This document shows positions 1 to 12,795 of a stretch of DNA of 64,000 nucleotides, piece by piece. The notes under the pieces were generated by a model. The model saw only the letters and a program-made list of their open reading frames with translations, was not told the DNA's origin and ran no database searches. The stretch's first letter is position 1; every line of letters starts with the position of its first letter. The position numbers and the translations under genes were made by a program. This DNA is from the human T2T-CHM13v2.0 reference genome, Homo sapiens: assembly GCF_009914755.1 (NCBI RefSeq), contig NC_060933.1. One strand, 5' to 3'.

Positions 1-249
1 ATTGTATAGGAAGCTGTCACTCAGAGTTGCAATCTAAAAGGTTTTTTTTTACTACTATTAATAGTTAAAAAAAAATTAAGTTCCACCGCCCTAATGGCCC
101 TACCCTCCTCTCTGCCCTCATCACTTTCAATGCTCTCCCTCACTCATGAAGGTCTGCCACATTTGCTTCTGCTTCTTAAGTATGTCAGGCTCACTTTGGT
201 CTCAGGATCTTTGCCCTTACAACTTTGTATTTCTGGAGAGCTCTAGGTG

Positions 250-1990
250 CAGAGGTATCTCATCCCATTTTAGTTTGATTTTCCTTGATAGTGAATGATA
301 TTGGGCACTTTTTCATGTTATGCTTGTTGCTTATTTGGATATCCTCTGCAGATAAGTGCCCCTGCAAGTCTTTTGCCCATTTTGTTTTTGAGCTGTTTTT
401 CATCTCTAATGAATTTGTGGGAACTCTATACATTTTGTATATGAATCCTTTGTTGTATATGAATCCTTCATTTATTTACTTTGGTTTGTACATTAGCATC
501 TTCTTTCAGAAATTTTCATCTACCTAAAGTTATGGTAATTTTAACCTTGTTTTCTTTCAAAAGCCTTATTGTTTGCCTTTTAATTTTAGCTCAACAATGC
601 ACTTCAAATTGATTTTTATATGAAGTTTGAGGTAAGGGTCAAGTAACATTTTGTTTTTTCCCCACAAGGATATTCCACTGCTCCATTCTTTCCTTTCTTA
701 GCAGTGGCATCTCTGTCTGACCCAAAGTGTCTGTATATGTGTGGGTCTATTTCTGGGCACTTTATTCTGTTCCATTGGTGTACTTTTCTGTCACTTTCTT
801 AAATATTGTATCTTTATAGTCATTCTTAACAATATCATTTTTCAGTAATAAAAAGAAATGAACTATTAATGTATTCAACAACTTGGATGGATCTCAAGAA
901 AATTATGCTGAGTGAAAAAAAGTCAATCCCAAAAGATTGCATACTGTATAATTCCATTAATATAACATTCTTGAAATGACAAAATTATAGTCAGGAAGAA
1001 TGAATTCAATCACTGTAAGTTAGTGATTGCCAGAGGTTAGAGATGGGGGAGGAGGTGCAGGAGGTAGATGTTGTTAGAAAAAGGCAGACAAATATACGGG
1101 ATCCTTGTGGAAATGAAACTACTCTGTATCCTTACTATGGTGATGATTACATAAATCTCTACTTGTTAAAATCACATCGAATTAAATACATATACAGACA
1201 TACACATACACGTACACACATGCACGAGTACACTTAAAACAGGGGAAATGTGAATAAGATTAATTCTATAAAGTCAATGTCCTGATTGTGATATTGTACT
1301 AGATTCATATGAGATACTACAATTGGGGGAAACTGGTTGAACACTATGTGGAGTATCTATAGTATTTCTTACAAATGCATGTGAATGAACTCAAATGAAA
1401 AAATGTTGATCTTCCAAATGAACATAGGATAGCACCCCATTTAGTTAGATCTTTAAAACTTTCTCTCAGACATATTTTATAGTTTTCAATGTAGAAATGT
1501 TGCACATTTTTGTTAGATTTCTAGGGATTTGAAGTTTTTGATGTTACTGTAAAGAATACCATTTTAAAATTTTATTTTCCAATTGTTCATTGCAAGTATA
1601 TGAAATACAACTGATTTTGTATATTGGTTTTTATATCCAGTAATCATGCTACATTCACTTAAGTATAATAGTTCATTTTTACATTTTTTTAGATTTTTAA
1701 CATAATCACATCTATCATCTATGAATAATGACAATTTTATTTTTTCTTTCCAAAGCTTATCAGCTTTTATTTTGTTTTCTGATTTATTGAACTAGCTAAG
1801 ATCTTAAGTACAATATTGATTAGAATTGGTAACAGTGGATATCTTTGTCTTGCTCACAAACTCATGGGAACATGTTCAATATTTCAAAATTGAAAAAATA
1901 CTTGCTATAAGTTTTATCAAATGTTTTTATCTATCTCTTTAGATGATTATATTATTTTTCTCATTTATTTTATTAGTGGAGAGTGTTGCA
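250..1990 (-). mobile_element. Old L1M ORF2/3' fragments, antisense, interrupted by a sense L1 3'UTR piece
   Basis: T-rich degenerate L1 antisense motifs (ttccttgatagtgaatgatattgggcactttttcatg; ctgttccattggt; aacagtggatatctttgtcttg). Boundaries approximate. Confidence 0.6.
840..1405 (+). mobile_element. L1MC/L1MD-type 3' UTR fragment
   Basis: aataaaaagaaatgaacta...tggatggatctcaag..attatgctgagtgaaaaaaag..tactgtataattccat and gggaaactgg..tatttcttacaaatgcatgtgaat match the old L1 3'UTR pattern. Confidence 0.7.
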
Positions 1991-2003
1991 AAAGTCTCTT
2001 GTA

Positions 2004-2290
2004 CAGTCATGTTCCACACAACAGCATTTTGGGCAACAACAAACCACATATACAATGGTGATTCCATGATATTATAATGGCGCATATATAGAAACCTGAT
2101 CTAAGACACGTGATATTGGCATTTCAGATGAAGTAGGGGAAATGATTAATATTGGGTCATGGTAATGGGGCATTTGGTTTTTCCATATGAACTGTATTGT
2201 GTGAATATGCTGTATGATTTTCACCCTACGATGAAATCATCTAACAATGCATTGCTCAGAACACATCCTGGTTGTTAAGTGACATGACCG
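2004..2290 (+). mobile_element. Non-autonomous Tigger3 (Golem)-derived DNA transposon
   Basis: Ends cagtcatg.../...gacatgaccg form TIRs. Flanked by TA at 2002-2003 and 2291-2292. Internal ccacatatacaatggtgattccatgatattataatgg resembles the Tigger3 5' end. Confidence 0.75.
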
Positions 2291-3195
2291 TATTTTGTTC
2301 TGCTCTTTCCATTCTTTTATTGTCGGTGTAATTTAGTTTGGATATTTCCTGTTGACTAGTTTTTGAGTTTGCTCAACCTATTTTCTGTTATGTCTAGTAT
2401 GCTCTTAATTAATCTAATAAGTTCTTAATTTCACAATTAAGATTTTCCAATTGTTGATATGCATTTGATTCCTTTTTAAGCAGATTCCAATTCGCTTCCA
2501 AGGTTCTCCAAATTTTCATTCATTTTATTCAAGTTTTTCTCTATTTTAATATACACTTAATAGTTATATTGAAATACTTATCCCCTAACTCCAAGATTTC
2601 AATTATCTTCTATTGATTGTTTTTTTCTTTTATCAGTCATATTATCCTCCCTTTTTATGTACCTGGTAATTTTTTATTGTACACTAGAAACTGTGAATGA
2701 AAGAGTCATGGAAATTGAAGGTGATGTTATTTTCCCAAAGGAAGGGTTCACTCTTCTCTCTGCTGGGCAGATTGAGTGAGGAGCTACATTACCTTAATCT
2801 AGCAAGGAGTTGAGCTGAATAAGAAGGGGGCTAAAGCTTCAGGTGGACTTCCTCCACTTCTGGTCTCATGTGTCTTCAGCATGTATTGAACCTCTATTCT
2901 GGGTCTCTCTATCTAGTGGACTGGAGACTGTGAGATAGTTGATGATGCCTTTCAAACCTCTATCCATCACCCCACCATGCTTTAAAACTAAACAAATTTT
3001 TCACAGAAAAAAATCAGCCAAATGCTTAGGAATCCTGTCTAGTTCATAATGTCAGTCAACACAAAAATCTCTGCTGGTCTTACTTTCTCCTGTTGGGGTC
3101 TCTATTTTTATGGCAATGTCAATCCTCAGCCTGTGCTCAGACCTGCAAATGCCTCCAGGTATGCAAGTCCCAGCTTATCAAAGGAGGGCTCTTCA

Positions 3196-3482
3196 AACAA
3201 CTGGATTAAATGGGCAAAGGACTTCAATAGACATTTCTGCAAGTAAGATACACAAAAGCCAACAAGCTCATGAAAAGATGCCCAATATCATTAATCATTA
3301 GAGAAATGCAAATCAAATCTACAGTGTGGTACTACTTCACACAATTAGGATGGCTGTAACTTAGAAAAAGGAATATAACAAGTGGCAAAGATGTTAAGAA
3401 TTTAGAACCCCCTTCCATTGCTGGTGAGAATGTAAAATGGTTTAGCCACCCCAAAAGGAATTAAATGTGGATACTTAAACAA

Positions 3483-3536
<54 letters not shown>

Positions 3537-3995
3537 ACACAGCAGCACTACTCACCATAGCCAAAATATGGAAACAGCTTAAATGTCTATCAGGTGATGA
3601 AAGGATGAACAAATTGTGATATATGCATACAGTGGAATATTATTCAGCCTTAAATAGCAAGGAATATTTACATGCTATAATGAAGATGAACCTCAAAACA
3701 TTATGTTAAGTGAAGGAAGACAAATAAGGACAAATTGTTCTATTTATATAAAATATCCAGAATAGGTAAATTCATAGAGACAGAACACAGATTGGTGGTT
3801 TCCAAGGGCTGGAAAAATAAAGGGATGGAGAACAATTGCTTAACGAGTATGAGGTTTTCTTTTGGAGTGATAAAAATGTTTTGGAACTAGGTAGAGGTGG
3901 TGGTTGCAAAACATTGTGAATATAATAAACACCATTGAATTGTTCACTTTTAAAAGGTTAATTTTTGTTTGGTGAATGTTACCTCACTTAAAAAA
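3196..3995 (+). mobile_element. L1MB-type ORF2 end plus 3' UTR
   Basis: aatgggcaaaggacttcaatagacatttc...gaaatgcaaatcaaa, then tttggagtgataaaaatgttttggaactag...cattgtgaat...tacctcacttaaaaaa. Confidence 0.8.
3488..3532. repeat. (TG)n microsatellite
   Basis: Visible run of about 22 TG units. Confidence 0.95.
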
Positions 3996-4284
3996 GAAAG
4001 GAATTTTTAACCCAGGAATGTTTTGCTTATATACCCTTCTGTGTTTCCGTAACTCTACAATGTCTTAAATGATTTTAAAATTTATCCACTTCTTTCTCGT
4101 TGTTGCAGTGAAAATAGTGGCCTACCCAGAAGTAAGCTTCTGCACATTACATTTTTGAATATTTTAAATCATATATTACTCTCTAAAATTATATTGTTGA
4201 TTTAACTCATTTCTTTCTTTGTTGTCTATCTATGGTGATTCTAAGCCTATGCTCAGATTCTGCTATGGAATCTGCTATAAAATG

Positions 4285-4397
4285 CTCTGAAGAGCAGGGA
4301 CTTTGTCTTTCTTCCTCACTGCTATATCCACAACATCTAGCACTGGCCCAATTCACAGCAGGCTCTCAACAAATACTTCCTGAATATATGAAATGAA
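4285..4397 (+). mobile_element. L2 3' terminal fragment
   Basis: gagcagggactttgtc..cactgctatatcc..ctagcac..ggctctcaacaaatact..tgaat is the typical L2 3' end. Confidence 0.7.
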
Positions 4398-7085
4398 ATG
4401 TTTTTAGGAGAAGCAGTGCACTTGTTCTCTTTTAATATTAGTTCATGGAAAACTCCTATCTTTGTCCTTCAGTTTATTGATAAGTCTGTGGTTGCTGAGG
4501 GTTTATTCCTTTATTGTCTCTTAAGTAACAACCAAGGGCAGGGAAGGAGAATAATTTTTCAAGTCTCGGACACACAATGGGTCATAAAGGGAAATTCATT
4601 AACACCAAATATTCACACACAAACCAAGTATGCTAAATAGCTAACAAATGCAGCTGTGGCAAAGGTAATTTGCTATTGTGATCCTAAAGTATCAGAAGAT
4701 CTTTGAAGCTTGTGAATCCTTATTTCAAAAAAAAAAATATTGCTCTGTTGACTAAACCTCAGCATAAATTAAAGAAGTCCGATCATGTGGCATCTTTACC
4801 AAACAGTTCTTGACATCAGAGGGTGATAGGCAACATTTATTTACCTGCTTTCAACAGACTGACCAAGGTCTGAAGTACCAAAAAAAAAAGACCATTTCAG
4901 CCAATGAATCTGCTCTAAGCAGTGTATTTCAAGGACTTCCCAGCTCTCCTTTAGATCAAACTTCAAAATGAAAACAGCACCAATGATATTCACCCAGCTC
5001 TCCTGCATTAAATGTTATCACCAAATTTAGATCGCACTTCAAGTGTGTGGCCTCTTAGGTTTCCAACAAACCTTGATAATGTTAGAATTTACATAACAAA
5101 GTTTCATTGACTTGGTGGGAAATAGTACTTAATATTTTAAAATAAGTAAGACTTAGCGGGCAAGAAAATGGCTAAGGAGTCTTCTCAGAACTCAAATTGC
5201 TCTTTTAAAAAATGAAAACAGCTTGCATGAATTTAAGTCACCCTTGAAAAAGTGACTGTAATATAAAATCTTGGTCTTTTCCCAAATCAAGATTCAAGTT
5301 TCTGATCTTTATTCATTTTTCTATCTTATGCAGTCAATGAAAGCTTAACCAAGAAGCAAAGACTTTGAAATCGTCTCCTATCTTCCAAGATTTGATTTCT
5401 ATGTAGCTCACACTAAATACATTTTTCTTTATTTTCTCATGCTTTTAGGAATATATTTTACCATTCCCTATGCCAGATTCACTCGTTCCAGGTCTTTTAT
5501 ACCACAAATATCCAGCAACACAAATATATGTGCCTTCAGAACAGTATAAATAGATTTCACATGGTTATTTCAATATATATCAGTAACTATTCTTTTAGAA
5601 GGTATGTTGCTTTACATGTAATATTTTATACATGAAATACTTACAGTAGGTTAAACAAAAATGTATATTAAGCATGGCAATAATGTATTTACCTTACCAT
5701 TTTAATATCACTCATTTCTTCATAGAGTTTTTATTAATTTTGATAAGGCTAGGATTATGGCACATTGATAACAGGCATAAAAATTATATCTGTTTTAATA
5801 GACTAAGTTCTATTTCTTCACAGGCTAAGGACCTGACATTCAATAAACCCTTGGAATCCAAAAATAATGATAATCATAGAAAATAGTAAAATGTTTTAGC
5901 TTGTTTCTTTCCTTTTCTTAAGAGAGACACATCTAATTGCTTCCCAAATGACCCCAGTGTCTTGGAATCAATATATCTGATTTATAGGTCATCTCAAAAC
6001 CATATCCTTCAAAATACAAAAGTACTTTCCTAACACTGGTGCAATTATTTTCTCTTTAACTCCCATGTTTTCCCAGTTATCTTCACTGCGTTAGAAAAAG
6101 AGGTATTGATCTTATCTATAGCTTCAAAAAGAAGTACTTGTAGAGTCCCTCAGTTTAACCCCTTTTGGCATACATTTCTCATTTTAATTTCTGAATGGCC
6201 TCTGTATGTGTATATGCATTGGAAGAAACTAGTCACAAACTTTGATTATTCCTGGTGGCACCATATCCTGGTGGAAACAGATAACATATAAAATATTATA
6301 AAAATTATTTATAAAATGTCTATTTTATAAATAATATAAAATAGATAACAACATTATTCCTTTTATTCTTTACAGAACGGTAAGTCCAGGACCAAGGGTC
6401 TACAAAGTTCCAGTTTATAGCTCAGATTGAAATCAGCTCCCAGTGAATTTTGTGGGGGCAGAAGACTTCCTCAGATGTCTAGGGGCTTTGCAGAACAATG
6501 ATCAAGAGGAGTATTTTTCACTTCAGGGTGTCCTTAGGTGGGCAGATACTGCAGGACAGGAGTTAGCGAATACACCATCCACCCAGAGGGCCACCGAGGA
6601 GCCACTGAGAGAGAAGGAACAACCGTTTCTGCAAAACAGCATGGCTTGGGTGGGAGGGCTTCACTAATTTAACGCACTAATTTTCTCTGTTGAACCTGGT
6701 AGTCTGTAAAAGACACTGTGTCCCCTCTAGTAAACAGCAAACTTGCTTCTCACGCACAGGGGCAGTGGGTGCTGAAAATCATGGAATGCAGTCCCTGAGC
6801 CCATCAGTCATGAGCCTTTTAATGTCATAAGCTGCTGGAAATTGTCCCCTTTTAAACACATGTCGATTTTCTTTGTACCTTTATTTCATCCATGGAGACA
6901 GCTTCCTCCTCTGTTTGCTTATTTTTTTCTTAATGGGTTGATCCAGGAAAACGTTTGCTCCTCCTCCGGAGTTTAAATATTTATTCTAATTTCTCTTCCA
7001 GAATCTCTTTTTCTCATTTCTAATTATCTATTTCTTGTGACTCTTCTGTTCTTTCAGTGCAGAAATAGCAGTATGTTTGATAATA

Positions 7086-7097
7086 GGGGACTTCCCC
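7086..7097. promoter_or_regulatory. Consensus NF-kB motif GGGGACTTCCCC
   Basis: Matches GGGRNNYYCC. Motif match only; function unknown. Confidence 0.35.
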
Positions 7098-8394
7098 AGA
7101 CTTCCCTAGAGGTGCCAGGTAATATATGTTTTATTACCTTTCTAAAATTGGAAAAATTATTAATTCCAAGAACTTAGGATTTGTGGAGCCTTCTGCTGGT
7201 CTGTTTTAGCCTTTTGCCTGAGCAATAAGAAAACCTTTATTGTGTTCACGTAGATTTACGGGTTGTTCCCAACCTAACAGATGTGTTTCCCAATCCAAAA
7301 TCTTAATTTGTCAAAAACACTTGGTTTTTTCACACATTATTAATTCATATCAACTAAATGGCATGTGCTAACTTTGTTGAACAGGCTAAGTTTAAAACTA
7401 TTTGTTGCTCTTATTAAATATTAAATAAACTTTAAAATGAATTATTTAAAATACACTGATCCAAAATACTTTTAATTAAAACGGTCTAATTTAAAAGGGG
7501 ATTTACACATTGTGTATTACTGGGAAAGGAGTTGAAAGGTGAGTTGATGGTCCCAAATGTTCCTTGCAACCTTGGTAGTCTAGATGCTGCTCTTTGAAGA
7601 ATGCCCTGGGTAAAGGCTGCCCTTAGCTGCCACAAGTGGACCTTAATCTAAGAAGTTTGTAAAAGGAGGCCAGCCGGGAGCTCCAAGCATCAGTTTTGTT
7701 GCATTCTATTAATTCACACTTCAGTGATCTGCCAGTGTTATACAATAATTCTTAAGAAAATTACTACCTGCCTTAGCTGATAGCACACAGGAAATTTAGT
7801 GGTGGAAGGATTCAAAGAGGATTCTCTATGTAGAAATGTCACTGCTGGTATAAGAAGTATTTATTAAGAAACATCATTGTTCAAATTTAACTACTTCCTT
7901 TTAAAAGTGATTATCCTGAATTAAGGTTCCAGCCTCAAACTGTTTGATCAATGAGACAAGGTAGGTGGAAAGATTTTTTTGCAGAAACAGAGTAACTGTG
8001 AGATCAAAGGGGTGTTTCAATGCTCAGGTATATTGGCCCACTGGTTTCCTTTCCCCTGAAATCCTGACTACTGAGTTATGTCAAGTTCACAAGTGTTGAG
8101 TCAGCTCCTACTACTTGCCCAGCCCTACGGTAGTTGTTTTGAGAACTGCCAAAAAATATTTGGAAGGCGAATTTTAATTAGATAGCAATAATCAAAAAAT
8201 ATTCATAACTATACAATTTTATGGCTAGGACATTTATTCAAAATAAGCATAGATGTGTGCAAAGAATTTTCTATCAAAATTTTATTCACAGTCTTGTTTT
8301 CTTTTTAATAACAGCAGTGAAAAAAATAGTATAACTTAAATATCCAAGAATAAGAAATTGCTTAAATTAATTTTCAAATAAAGCAAATAGAGTC

Positions 8395-8635
8395 AATGAT
8401 AACAGTTAAATGCAAGGCTTTGGGGCAAAATTTAGTAGGACTGGAGTTGCAACTCTGCTATTGACTAGTTTTGCAATCCTGGGCAAGATACTTAAATTCT
8501 CTAACAATTGTTTCCTCATCTGTAAAACAGAGATAATACCTACTTCAAATGATGACAATTTGAAAAAAAAAAATCAAACTCTGTAATTTAGGTATACTAT
8601 GTAGCACAGAATCTGGCATACAATAAGTATTCATC
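8395..8635 (+). mobile_element. MIR SINE
   Basis: Core ctgggcaagatacttaaattctct..gtttcctcatctgtaaaa..gataatacctac and 3' tagcacag..ctggcataca.taagt. Confidence 0.8.
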
Positions 8636-8805
8636 ATATAATGAATGGTTATCATGGTAACAATAAAACTATACACAAATATTACATTTATGTTGCAGAA
8701 TATTTTGTTATGAGTAAATGCTCACGATTTATTGTTAAATCAGAAAAAGTAGTAATGAAGTAGAAAATAGTGAATAATCTTAATTTTTTTTAAAAAAGTT
8801 ATGTA

Positions 8806-9005
8806 GGTGCCTGTCGAGGGGTCAGGGGGAGGGAGAGCAACAGGATAAATAGATAATGCACGCAGGGCTTAATCCCTAGGTGATGGGTTGATAGGTGCAG
8901 CAAACTACCATGACACATGTTTACCTGTGTAACAAACCTGCACGTCCTCTGCATGTATCCTGGAACTTAAAATAGAATAAAATTAAACTTTAAAAATAAA
9001 AATAA
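8806..9005 (+). mobile_element. 5'-truncated L1PA 3' end with A-rich tail
   Basis: ctaggtgatgggttgataggtgcagcaaactaccatgacacatgtttacctgtgtaacaaacctgcacgtc..cctggaacttaaaat. Confidence 0.9.
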
Positions 9006-9235
9006 AGAGCAAAGATCTCTCTAAAAAAATTAATTACAGGAAAGATAGAACAAACTTTAGTAGTATATACTTCTGGTGACAGAATTATGAGTAATAACTG
9101 GTTTTTTCTTCATGCTTTGCTTCATTGATTATATTATATATTGAAAACTGAATATTCATATTTTGCAAACATGTAAAAAGGTGACTGCTGCCATAAAAAT
9201 AAAAACAAAATAATTTGCTCTAAAAGGCAGGAGAG

Positions 9236-9537
9236 AGCTGAGCACTGTGGCTCATGCCTGTAGTACCAGCTCTTTGAGAGGCTGAAGCAGGAGGATCACT
9301 TGAGGCCAGGAGTTCATGACCAACCTGGGCAAACTGGTGAGACCCTATCTCTGCAAAAGATGTTTTTGTAGTTAGCTGGGCATGGTGGCATGCACCTGTA
9401 GTCCTAGCTACTTGAGAGGCTGAAGTAGGAGGACAATCTGAGACCAAGATTGGAGGTTATAGTGACTTTGATTGCACCACTGCACTCCAGCCTGGGCAAC
9501 AGTGCAAGACCCTGTGTAAAAAAATCAAACAAAAAAT
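9236..9537 (+). mobile_element. AluJ
   Basis: Dimeric Alu with J-type ggaggatcacttgaggccaggagtt. Degenerate TSD around gcaggaga. Confidence 0.9.
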
Positions 9538-9984
9538 AAGCAGGAGATATTCCTTCCAGCTGGGTGGATTAGAGAAATCTGCATAGAAGATATCGCACAT
9601 GAAATGAACCCCAAAATACATGCAAGATTTGGCCACACAGGGATAAGAAGGGCAATTCTGAGGAAAAGGATAGAGCAAAATGCAAAGATATAAATGTTTG
9701 AAACTTGTTTAGGGAACAACACATAGAAGTTCAGTTTCCCTGAAATGCAAGGAAGGATTTTCTGCATCCAGATCAGAGACAATATGAAGGCCAAGGTTAA
9801 ACATCTGGACATTGTTCTAAGCCCTACAGCATGTTAATAAAGCTCCAGGAATAAAATTTTTTTAAAGGATTTATAGTCAAATAAAAAAAATTTCATGTTT
9901 TACCCCCTTCAGAGATTCTCCATGTGATTTAGTATATTTAAAGCTTTGTGAAATTGTGCTTTTAAAAATATTTTTTAAATTTTA

Positions 9985-10270
9985 TTATGTTTTATTTTTT
10001 AATTGACATAATTATATACATTTATGGGGTACATAGTGATATTTTGATACATAATGTATAGTAATCAGATCAGGGTAATTAGCATATTTATCATTACAAA
10101 CATTTATCATTTGTTTTTGTTGGAAAAATTCAATATCCTCTTTCTAGCTCCTTGAAACTATATAATATACTATTGTTAACTATAGCTATCCTATAGTTAT
10201 ATAACATATACTGTTATAGAACATTACAATTTATTCCTCCTATCCAGATGTTCTTTTTAAATCCCTTAAC
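9985..10270 (-). mobile_element. L1MA-type 3' end
   Basis: ttttaattgacataat..catttatggggtacatagtgatattttgataca..tcagatcagggtaattagcat. Confidence 0.8.
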
Positions 10271-10394
10271 AGATTGTACTTTCAAAGACAGAAAAACAAA
10301 CCATATTTAACATTGGTTAACCTGGTATTTTTATATAGATCAAAACATTGTATCTCTGTGCTACCTTAAGAATAGCACAAAGGACAGATGAACT

Positions 10395-10633
10395 TTATTA
10401 TTTATTTATTTATTTTTAACTTATATTTTAAGTTCAGGGGTACATGTGCAGGATGTGCAGGTTTGCTACATAGGTAAACGTGTGTCATGGGGGTTTGTTG
10501 TACAGATTATTTTGTCGCTCAGGTATTAAGCCTAGTACCCATTAGTTATTTTTCCTGATCCTTTCTCTCCTCCCACCCACGACCCTTCAGTAGGCCCCAG
10601 TGTGCTGTTCCCCTCCATGTGTCCAGGTGTTCT
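10395..10633 (-). mobile_element. 5'-truncated L1PA 3' end with TSD
   Basis: ttttaagttcaggggtacatgtgcaggatgtgcaggtttg... TSD CAGATGAACT at 10385-10394 and 10634-10643. Confidence 0.9.
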
Positions 10634-12752
10634 CAGATGAACTATGATAGAGAGAAGGGAAGGGGAGGAGATTCAGAGTATGGGAATCCTGTCCCTGGAG
10701 GAAAATCGTGACTGAAACATTTCGCGAAGATGTTGGGAACCCAAGAAGCAGAAGGTGGAAAGGAACATGCCAATGAATGGAAGGGAGAGTGCAAGACCCA
10801 CTTTTCCTCCTTCTCAATGCTACCTGGGCTGATCTTGTCTGCAATACCATAACCCAGAGACTCAGTGGTGAGGAACCAAGTGGGAAACCTTCATGGAATA
10901 AGGTACAATGGGAGGCTTCAAGGCAGTGAGTCTAGGACGAGGCTGCACACATTCTGTCCCCATCTCAGCCCTCATTTATAGTCACTCACTAAAGACAATG
11001 AAGGAAAGCAAGGTCAACAGCCCTTCCACTGCTGAGCAAGTGCTAAGGAGGAGCTGTGGCTGCTGCAACCCAGAGAGCTCTTGGTGCCCCTTTCCCATTG
11101 GGCCCTCTTTATACTATTACCTTTATTTGCATGGCAGTTTTCACACATGTTAATTCATTTAATAAACATAACTCCATTGAGCCAGGTAGAGCAGATATCC
11201 CCAGTTTACAAATGAAGTTTATTGAAGTTATAACTATAATGAACATAGTCCTAAGGAGACCTCTATCATGTATGACCACAAGGCCCCAATGTAGATCATG
11301 AAATACTAGAAGCATTTACTAATTATAATTAATAAATACTAGCAAGCATAAACATCCAACATGAAAATACAAACTTAAATGCTAGAAAGTATAAATATTA
11401 CTTTAAAAAGTGACTATGTTTAAGATGAGAATGCTGGGTTTACATATATAAAATGTTTAGAAATAGAGTATAGAAAGTATGGAAAACTTTGGCACACATT
11501 AGGAGTAATCAGAAAAACGTGTGCATTGATCACATCAAAATCAAATGATTTCAAAAATATGCCTAGCTGTATCTTAAATTAAAAAACATAGTAAAAATGA
11601 CTATTCTATAATTACTTCAAATTATAGAAACACCTGATGCATTTTAGCTTATTGAATTATAGCAACTACCGATGTTCTAACAAATCTTCCTGGTTTATTT
11701 CTCATTGCATGATTCAACAAGGTCAAAATCTATTTTAGAGACAAAAGAGAGACCTGAGAAACCTAACAGTCTTTTATCGCATGCGCTATCCTTCTCTAGA
11801 GATAAAAAGCAACTTATCAGTTTAGTATGTAAATTATAAAATTGTATAAGTATTCAAAGATTCTTTGTTGAACTTTTTTGTGGAAAGAAGCTAAGATAAT
11901 ATCTTGACTAAGACATAGGGGAAAGGAGAATATAGAATTTGAATTTCGACTTGTTAAATTATTAGAGAATTGCTCATTGTTCCACAGAAGTTATGAACTT
12001 GAATTGCAGCCAATTAAAAACTAAATTTTGCCAAATTCATTTCTAAAACATTATACATGCTAATCCAGGGCAAGTGACTATAAACTAGAAACACTTTAGT
12101 AATGCTTAAAGATATGGAAACCAAATTTATTAGGCCTCATCATAAGCACATTTTGTAATAACTTTTTTAAAGAGCCCACTACAGTTTAATGGGCACTTTA
12201 GGATCAGATTAATTATCTAACTTCAGGTATCTGCGACAAAGAAAATGGAAAGCCCTCCACAGCTAAAAATGAAATTCAGATTTCTAGACTTTATTCTCTG
12301 GATGCATGTGTGTGCATGCATGCATGCATGTGTGCATTAAAAGAGAGACCGACAGTAAGAGAGAGATGGAAAGGGAGAAGAAAAGAGAAATGAAAATTGA
12401 ACATTTGGTGGGAACAATAAAGATGACATAGTTCTCTTCTTCAAGACACTATCAAAAATCAGTTCAGAAATATATTTAACAGGTCATTTATTACTTCTAA
12501 ATTTACTCCATCAGTACTTGAAAATAATTCCTTAAGCCCGAATATTACAGTATCCATTTTTGTCAGAGTTCATAGAATCTCAGGAGGTTTTAAAAACTCA
12601 TTAGCTAATAGAGTTGCACTAAATCAGGAGGCTCACTAATAAAATAAAATTCTCTAGTGTTTAACTAGCAAATTGTATTTGATAATTGGTTCTTTGTAAA
12701 TTGCTCTTTCATGGCCCTTGTCCATAGCTTATTTGATGGAGGGGGAAAATAC

Positions 12753-12758
12753 GTGTAT

Positions 12759-12792
<34 letters not shown>
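12753..12792. repeat. (TG)n microsatellite
   Basis: Visible TG run. Confidence 0.9.

Positions 12793-12795
<3 letters not shown>

Noticed and set aside
6443-6667. 74-aa ORF in slightly GC-richer unique sequence
   Set aside because: It starts with GTG, I recognise no domain, and its length is expected by chance.
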